Shown: piece by piece, positions 57,417 to 64,000 of the stretch
How the letters are laid out: every line of letters begins with the position of its first letter
Position numbering within the stretch: the stretch's first letter is position 1
Assembly: GCA_964016885.1 (NCBI GenBank)
Contig: OZ024763.1
Location: forward strand, 10,788,001 to 10,852,000
DNA from: Eledone cirrhosa
Lineage: Eukaryota
Reading direction: 5' to 3'
Length of the DNA stretch: 64,000 nt
Made by a program: the position numbers and the translations under genes
The notes under the pieces: generated by a model
Database searches by the model: none
Seen by the model: the letters and a program-made list of their open reading frames with translations, nothing else
Told to the model about the DNA's origin: nothing

Positions 57417-58928
57417 AAATCTCTAATGCTGGTGCCATGATAAAATGCTCCCAGTACCCCATGTAAAATGGTTAGTGATAAGAAAGGCACCTTGCTGTCG
57501 AAACAGGAATGTATGTAAGCAGGATTTCGACCCGCTCCCCCCCACTGCCTATCTGGAGGATAGTAATCCTAATTAACTTGGACTGTAGGGACCCATCCAA
57601 ACAATGCTAGTGGTGAAAAATGGGCATTAGCTGTTGATGATGGCAGACCTATCAACTTTTCCCATCCAATGGGGAGATCTTCCACTCACTTTGGGTGGGT
57701 GAGAGAAGTCTTCTCTTGTGAAAATGGCTATAGCTTTCATTATGTAAAATCTCTCCATTTTGCCTCATTTTTCCCTGCTTTGGGGCACTTTTTTTTCATG
57801 GTACTCCCCATTTAGGTTTTTAGAGGTTGGCAGATCTCTGATGATGATGAATGTGCGTGCGTGTGTGTATTTATATTTGTGTTTATGTCTACTACTTGTA
57901 GCCATTTATTTACTAATTAACGAAATTGTGTGCACTCTGAAGTTGGCATTTAAAACATACGGTTATGGAGTTATCCAAAATGGTAAGTGTTCAGCTGTCA
58001 AACATTAACTCTCTACAGTATATATATGCTGTAATCCCAGTGGAAGGAAGACGCAGTAATGAGTGCCAAGTAATCCCAGTGGAAGGAAGATGCAGTTGAA
58101 GAAGGCCACGAAAAACATGGGCGGAGGTGGTGAGAGCTGACCTCAGATCGCTGAAGCTCACAGAGGAGATGACAAAGGACTGTGACAAATGGAGAGATGC
58201 TGTGCTGAAGAGGACCTGTCCCACTCTTGCAAGCAGGAAAAAGCGGACATATGATGATGATGATATATATATATATATTTACAGTCAATAAAATAATTAC
58301 CACATGTGTAAAAACATAATTCCTGGGCCCAATGTGATCAACTAAATCTCAGCAATGCCCTAGTAATGCCAGTACAGGGATCAACTTGACTATGGGTGGA
58401 TTCAGTAAAGTTTAGTAAAATTTCTCATTAATCCTTTTGTTACTAATAAATGACACTTCATATGATTTACATTTAATGTTCAAAATAATTAACTTTAAGG
58501 GGCTTAGTAAAATAATTAACTTTAGAGGGGGATTAGTAAAATAATTAACTTTAGAGGGGGATTAGTAAAATAATTAACTTTAGAGGGGTTTAGTAAAATA
58601 ATTAACTTTCCCATTATTATAGTCAGAAAAGTTTACATAATTAATTAATTCATTTTTTTAATGATGTTTTATAATAACTGGACCACTGACATTTCAAGAC
58701 ATCATATCTCTTATATTGTAAAGTCAAATTAATAAAGTTTGTTTATTTAATTAATTATTTAAATAATAATCAATATTATTATTATTATTGATTAATTTAT
58801 AGCATATTATGTGATGTGTATTTTGATAGGAAACCACTTCAAACTGCTTCTGGTTCTATGACAATAAGTTGTTTGTTTTAAAATGTTTTTCTAAAAACAC
58901 TTCCATCATATGTAAGAATCTTTGTTAA

Positions 58929-59136
58929 CCCTTTAGCATTTAAACTGGTTGTATCCGACCAGACTTCTCTCACCTCTTTGTGTTCAAACCCCCCGTAACT
59001 GGCCACTCATACTGATGTTAAGGTATTATTCTCAAAATTAATAACATCAAAATCTCATAAATTCAATATTATGTGAGGTAAAGCCTTTACTGTGAAAATA
59101 TATTAGTAAATATAGAGTAATGTAAATGCTAAAGGG
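58929..59136. mobile_element. TTAA-target piggyBac-type MITE
   Basis: TTAA|CCCTTTAGCATTTA...TAAATGCTAAAGGG|TTAA. Confidence 0.85.
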
Positions 59137-59516
59137 TTAAGTTATGTTCCAAACAGATTAAAAATGACAGAGGAACAAGCTTTGGCCTCTGTCAAAGCCA
59201 TGCAAGCATGAAAGAACTGACTTAATAAACGATAACTCAGACTTCTAGATGATGATGGGTTGACGCTACTTAATTATAACAGACCTAAAACATGACTAAA
59301 CAACAACAAACAATTATGATTGTAGTCACTAAGAAGCAGTTGTGCTCTACCAACCAAGACCAATACCTGGGTATTCAACACCACAGGCTAGCCCTCCAAT
59401 ATGTACCCCTCCTCACTCGACTAGTTATGCACCTCATTCTCTGAAGTGAAATTTATTTAGAAATTTATTTATTGATCACTAAAAAGCATTAAATATTTAA
59501 TATATTTACACAAACT

Positions 59517-59917
59517 TGTATAAAACTGATCCTTTAAGGTTCTGTAATGTAACCTTCTGAGGTGTGTACTCTATGTGGCCTTAATGGTAGCAGCAGTCCT
59601 GTATAAAACTGATCCTTTAAGGTTCAGTAATGTAACCTGAGGTGTGTACTCTATGTCGCCTTAATGGTAGCAGCAGTCCTGTATAAAACTGATCCTTTAA
59701 GGTTCAGTAATGTAACCTTCTGAGGTGTGTACTCTATGTCGCCTTAATGGTAGCAGCAGTCCTGTATAAAACTGATCCTTTAAGGTTCAGTAATGTAACC
59801 TGAGGTGTGTACTCTATGTGGCCTTAATGGTAGCAGCAGTCCGTATAAAACTGATCCTTTAAGGTTCTGTAATGTAACCTTCTGAGGTGTGTACTCTATG
59901 TGGCCTTAATGGTAGCA
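59517..59917. repeat. ~80-83 bp tandem repeat, 5 copies
   Basis: GTATAAAACTGATCCTTTAAGGTTC...TTAATGGTAGCAGCAGTCC. Confidence 0.9.
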
Positions 59918-59929
59918 CCTTTCTGAGTA

Positions 59930-60313
59930 CTACAACTTATGAGAGCGCCATTGGAAGGGAGTGAAATAAATGGTACAAGTATTTGTCTCATTTTGTTGTT
60001 GATGTTGCTATATGTTTGTCATGGGTGTTGATGAAAAACCATAAACTCCTGTTTAGAAAAAGCAAGGGAAAAAAATGTACCCAGTTGGGTGTCAGAATGA
60101 AGCTGATCCATCAACTAATTGGTGACTATTCCTATAAAAGGAAAATGCCATTGGAAGAAATTCCCCGGGTTCAGGGTGCCACACACTGGCCTGTAGAATC
60201 AGGGAAAAAAAACTTGCCAGCAGTGTTCCAAACAAAATACTAGAATGGAACCAAAAACAGACTGTGAGCTATGCAAGGTAAATCTCTGTATTAACTGTTT
60301 AAAGCCCTATCAT
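59930..60313 (+). pseudogene. piggyBac transposase C-terminal remnant
   Basis: KWYKYLSHFVVDVAICLSWVLMK and Cys-rich CELCKVNLCINCLKPYH; stops and frameshifts. Confidence 0.75.
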
Positions 60314-60439
60314 CTGGAACATTTCCCTTAAATGTATGTATATGTTGATACTTACAGAAAATAATTCTTTTTATTTTCATGTTTTTGCTTACATTTTATC
60401 TAAAAAAATTTGAATTAGAAGCAGGGAAAATACAGCCTT

Positions 60440-60950
60440 TGTTACTTTTACCCTTATCAGTTATCTTGGCCCTAGAGCCAAGGACACCAGAAGGCTCCAC
60501 TACTACTGGCTTGACTGAAAACCTGTCGGAGAACGACCGATATTTGGAGAATTTGCCCTCCTCATCCCGAAGTGCAGTAGAGCCTCGGTCAGTCACAGAC
60601 TGCACCAGGTTGTCTCTGGAAAATGTGTCACTGGCTGTGGCATCCCAGATGAGAGGTTTACCACTGCGGAACAGGAAGATGGTCATGCCGCCTGGCTGTT
60701 TGCTGTCCCCTCGGTCCAGCTCCACCGGCTCGAGCTAGGAGGGGCAAGCCTGCAGCATCCAAGCCATGCTTTATGACCTTGTAGACAGCAGAATGGCGTG
60801 GAAGGTGGCTGGCACTGTAGCGACAGGAAAGTGGGTGGAGGCCGAAAGAGTCTATGGTGAATCTGCAGCAACATTTGTGTGGCTCGCAGATCCGGAGGCT
60901 GAGCCTCGGTGAAAACCCGATGTGCAGGCTATCATCATCCAGCTGCGTGC
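60440..60950 (-). mobile_element. Degenerate RLE-type non-LTR retrotransposon (CRE/NeSL-like) 3' fragment
   Basis: QPGGMTIFLFRSGKPLIWDATASDTF resembles the RPDG...GKPLVWDAT endonuclease motif; boundaries approximate. Confidence 0.65.
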
Positions 60951-61784
60951 CAATTATATTAAATTGTTTATTTTATTTTATGATCTGTAAATATAATGAA
61001 AGCTTTTGCAATATCCTTTAGAAAATTCAGTTTGGAATCTTCACTGAAAATGTCATGCTTTTATCTTAATTTATGAAGTTAGAGCAATTTTGGTAAGGCC
61101 ATGTTAAAAACCTATCACTTCTCAGTGGCTTAGGGAGATTGTGTCAAAACAAAGGAGGCAAATGTCAACACTAAGGGATGTAATTCTGTACAATCACTGG
61201 GAAATAGTGAGTTAATGGTAATACTTAATGGCAACATCACCCACTGGACTGTTTAATTCAATTTTATATAATAATAAATAATAATAATGAAATTATTGTG
61301 TAAAGTGCTCAGGTGCACTACAACTCGTCAAAAGTGTATGTATAGTGCATAGAATAATACACAAATGTCAGGGAAGTACATGTGTGTATCTCACCACACA
61401 TACAGTGGTGAGGAGATAATGATGTCCCTAGGCACTAATAGTTAAGCACTGAGCTTTAACCCCCGGCGTTTTCAATATAATCGCATAATCAAGCTATTTT
61501 AGTGACCATCAAACATTTTTTACCCTCTACTACTATTTTAGTTTTCAGTAGTAAAAACAAAGAGCAGCAGCAGCAACACCACTGGCACCACCACCAGCAA
61601 CACCAACAACAGCAACACCACCACCACCACTACCTCCACCACCACCGGACTATTTTAAAATTAATATTTCATTATTAATTATTCCTCTCTCTCTGTGATT
61701 GCAATTTTTTTTTCACATTTAAAAATATCAGCAAAGTTGGTATTGGTTAAAAATATCACATACTGGTAGTTTATTGTGCAGACT

Positions 61785-62735
61785 GGTGTGGTGTAGTATA
61801 GGGTGGTGTGGTGTAGTGGTACAGTGTAGTGTGGTGTGATGGTGTAGTATAGGGTGGTGTGGTGTAGTGGTACAGTGTAGTGTGGTGTGATGGTGTAGTA
61901 TAGGGTGGTGTGGTGTAGTGTAGTGTGGTGGTACAGTGTAGTGTGGTGTGGTGTGGTGTAGTGTAGTGTGGTGTGGTGTGGTGTAGTATAGGGTGGTGTG
62001 GTGTGGTGGTACAGTGTAGTGTGGTGTGGTGTGATGTAGTATAGGGTGGTGTGGTGTAGTGTAGTGTGGTGCGGTTGTACAGTGTAGTGTAGTGTGGTGG
62101 TACAGTGCAGTGTGGTGGTACAGCGTAGTGCGGTGCGGTGTGATGTAGTATAGGGTGGTGTGGTGTGGTGGTACAGTGTAGTGTGGTGTGGTGTGATGTA
62201 GTATAGGGGGGTGTGGTGTAGTGTAGTGTGGTGTGGTGGTACAATGTAGTGTAGTGTGGTGGTACAGTGCAGTGTGGTGGTACAGCGTAGTGTGGTGCGG
62301 TGTGATGTAGTATAGGGTGGTGTGGTGTGGTGGTACAGTGTAGTGTGGTGTGGTGTGATGTAGTATAGGGGGGTGTGGTGTAGTGTAGTGTGGTGTGGTG
62401 CGGTGGTACAGTGTAGTGTAGTGTAGTGTGGTGGTGGTGCAGTGTGGTGGTACAGCGTAGTGTGGTGCGGTGGGTGGTACAGCGCAGTGTGATGTGGTGG
62501 TACAGAGTAGTGCAGTGTGGTGTGGTGGTACAGAGTAGTGCAGTGTGGTGTGGTGGTACAGCGCATTGTGGTGTGGTGTGGTGGTATAGCGTAGTGTAGT
62601 GTGTTGGTACAGTGTAGTGTGGTGTGGTGGTACAGCGCAGTGTGGTGTGGTGGTTCAGCGTAGTGTAGTGTGTTGGTGTAGTGGTATAGTATTGTGTGGC
62701 ATGGTGGTAGTGTAGTGTAATGTGGTGTGGTGTGT
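61785..62735. repeat. (GTGTG/GTAGT)n pentamer-based low-complexity satellite
   Basis: Direct inspection. Confidence 0.9.
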
Positions 62736-63289
62736 AGGACTTACAAATATATACAGTATACTAGGCAGTACACATACATTACAAAGAGTACTCTCAATAC
62801 AATAGAAATAATTGCTTCTACTTTGGGCACAAGGCCAGCAATTATCCCAGTACAATTACTGGTACTTTATTTTATCGACCCTGTAAGGATGAAAGGCAAA
62901 GTTAACCTCGGTGGAATGTGAACTCAGACCGAAAGATGTTTAACTTTATGCTGCAAAGCATGGTGTCCGACCCTCTACCACCCTCCACCACCACCACATG
63001 GTGTCCGACCCTCTACCACCCTCCACCACCACCACATGGTGTCCGACCCTCCACCACCACATGGTGTCCGACCCTCTACCAATACTGCCAATAATAATTC
63101 TTTCTACTTTTGGCACAAGGGCAGCAATTATTCCAGTACATTACTGGTACTTTATTTTATCGACCCCGTAAGGATGAAAGGCATAGTTAACCTCGGTGGG
63201 ATTTGAACTCAGAATGGCAAGGGCCGTAACTCCATGCGTCAAAGCATGGCGTCCGACCCTCTACCGATACTGCCAATCCACCGCTCTTG

Positions 63290-63332
<43 letters not shown>

Positions 63333-63349
63333 TGGATAAGAAAACCAGA

Positions 63350-63880
63350 AATTGTTTATTATGCATGGTGCCCCTCACGCAAGAGCAGATGTGGACCAGC
63401 AGTACATGAAGAGGAGAGATGGAGACCTAGGATTTATTGGTGTCGAAGATAATGTGAGAGCCGGGAAAAGGAAAGTCTGATTAATTACATTAAATGAAGC
63501 AAGGAATGCTTGACCAAAGCAGTAAAAAATTAACTGGTATTAAAGGAAAGGGAGAAAAAAGTAAGGAAGAGGTGCAAAACAGGCATAAAGGGTCAAGGGA
63601 ATGGAAAGATGGCAAGGAACCAAAGAACTGAGAGGCAGACATACATAGGATTGGCTTAGAAGTCTACAGAAAGAAACAGAAACAGAAATCATTATATCTG
63701 CTCAAGACTAAACTATGGAAACCAATCATATTAGGAACCACATATAAAATGCAAATAAAAAAAAACTATGCTGGCTTTGAACTGGACATAAACCGTTGAA
63801 CAACATTCAATCAAGAACAGGTCATAGAGATTCACCTCTACGTTCTTGTGGTGACACTCCAGAAACTATTTGTTCCAATG
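63350..63880 (+). mobile_element. Degenerate R4/Dong-like non-LTR fragment
   Basis: MHGAPHARADVDQQYMKRRDGDLGF resembles HPRADVDRLY..R..GGRGL; later CGDTPETI zinc-knuckle remnant. Confidence 0.55.
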
Positions 63881-64000
63881 TAGAAACTATCAGTCTGAGA
63901 GAGAGAGGCCATGTTGAAACCAATCTTTAAAAAACTACCAAGATTGGAAGTTTAATATAAACAAAATCTTTGAGTAGATGGAAGTTAGGAAAAGAATCAA

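Noticed and set aside
63835-63895. Exon-like AG...GT segment on the minus strand as the upstream GRK exon
   Set aside because: No GRK similarity in any frame; the + strand reads as a LINE remnant.

Overview
AT-rich, microsatellite- and SINE-dense eukaryotic DNA. The repeat landscape and the gene look like a coleoid cephalopod (octopus-like); this is inference. The window is dominated by one minus-strand gene, a GRK2/3-type (beta-adrenergic receptor kinase / Gprk1 / cephalopod rhodopsin kinase-like) G protein-coupled receptor kinase. I mapped 13 phase-consistent GT-AG coding exons from 55913 to the stop at 12563 (end of RH domain, kinase, AGC tail, PH domain). The N-terminal exons are apparently beyond 64000. 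Highlights: (1) an in-frame candidate alternative terminal exon (19664-20217) that would swap the PH domain for a 184-aa His/Pro/Ser/Asn-rich tail; (2) several type I hammerhead ribozyme motifs from Penelope-like retroelement pseudo-LTRs, many in long palindromes, including a U3-A8 covariant core and two unpaired copies sense to the kinase pre-mRNA; (3) an intact DD34D mariner nested in an older opposite-strand mariner; (4) minisatellites that abut exons, one built from an exon/5' splice-site junction. Most long ORFs in the track are tandem-repeat artefacts.
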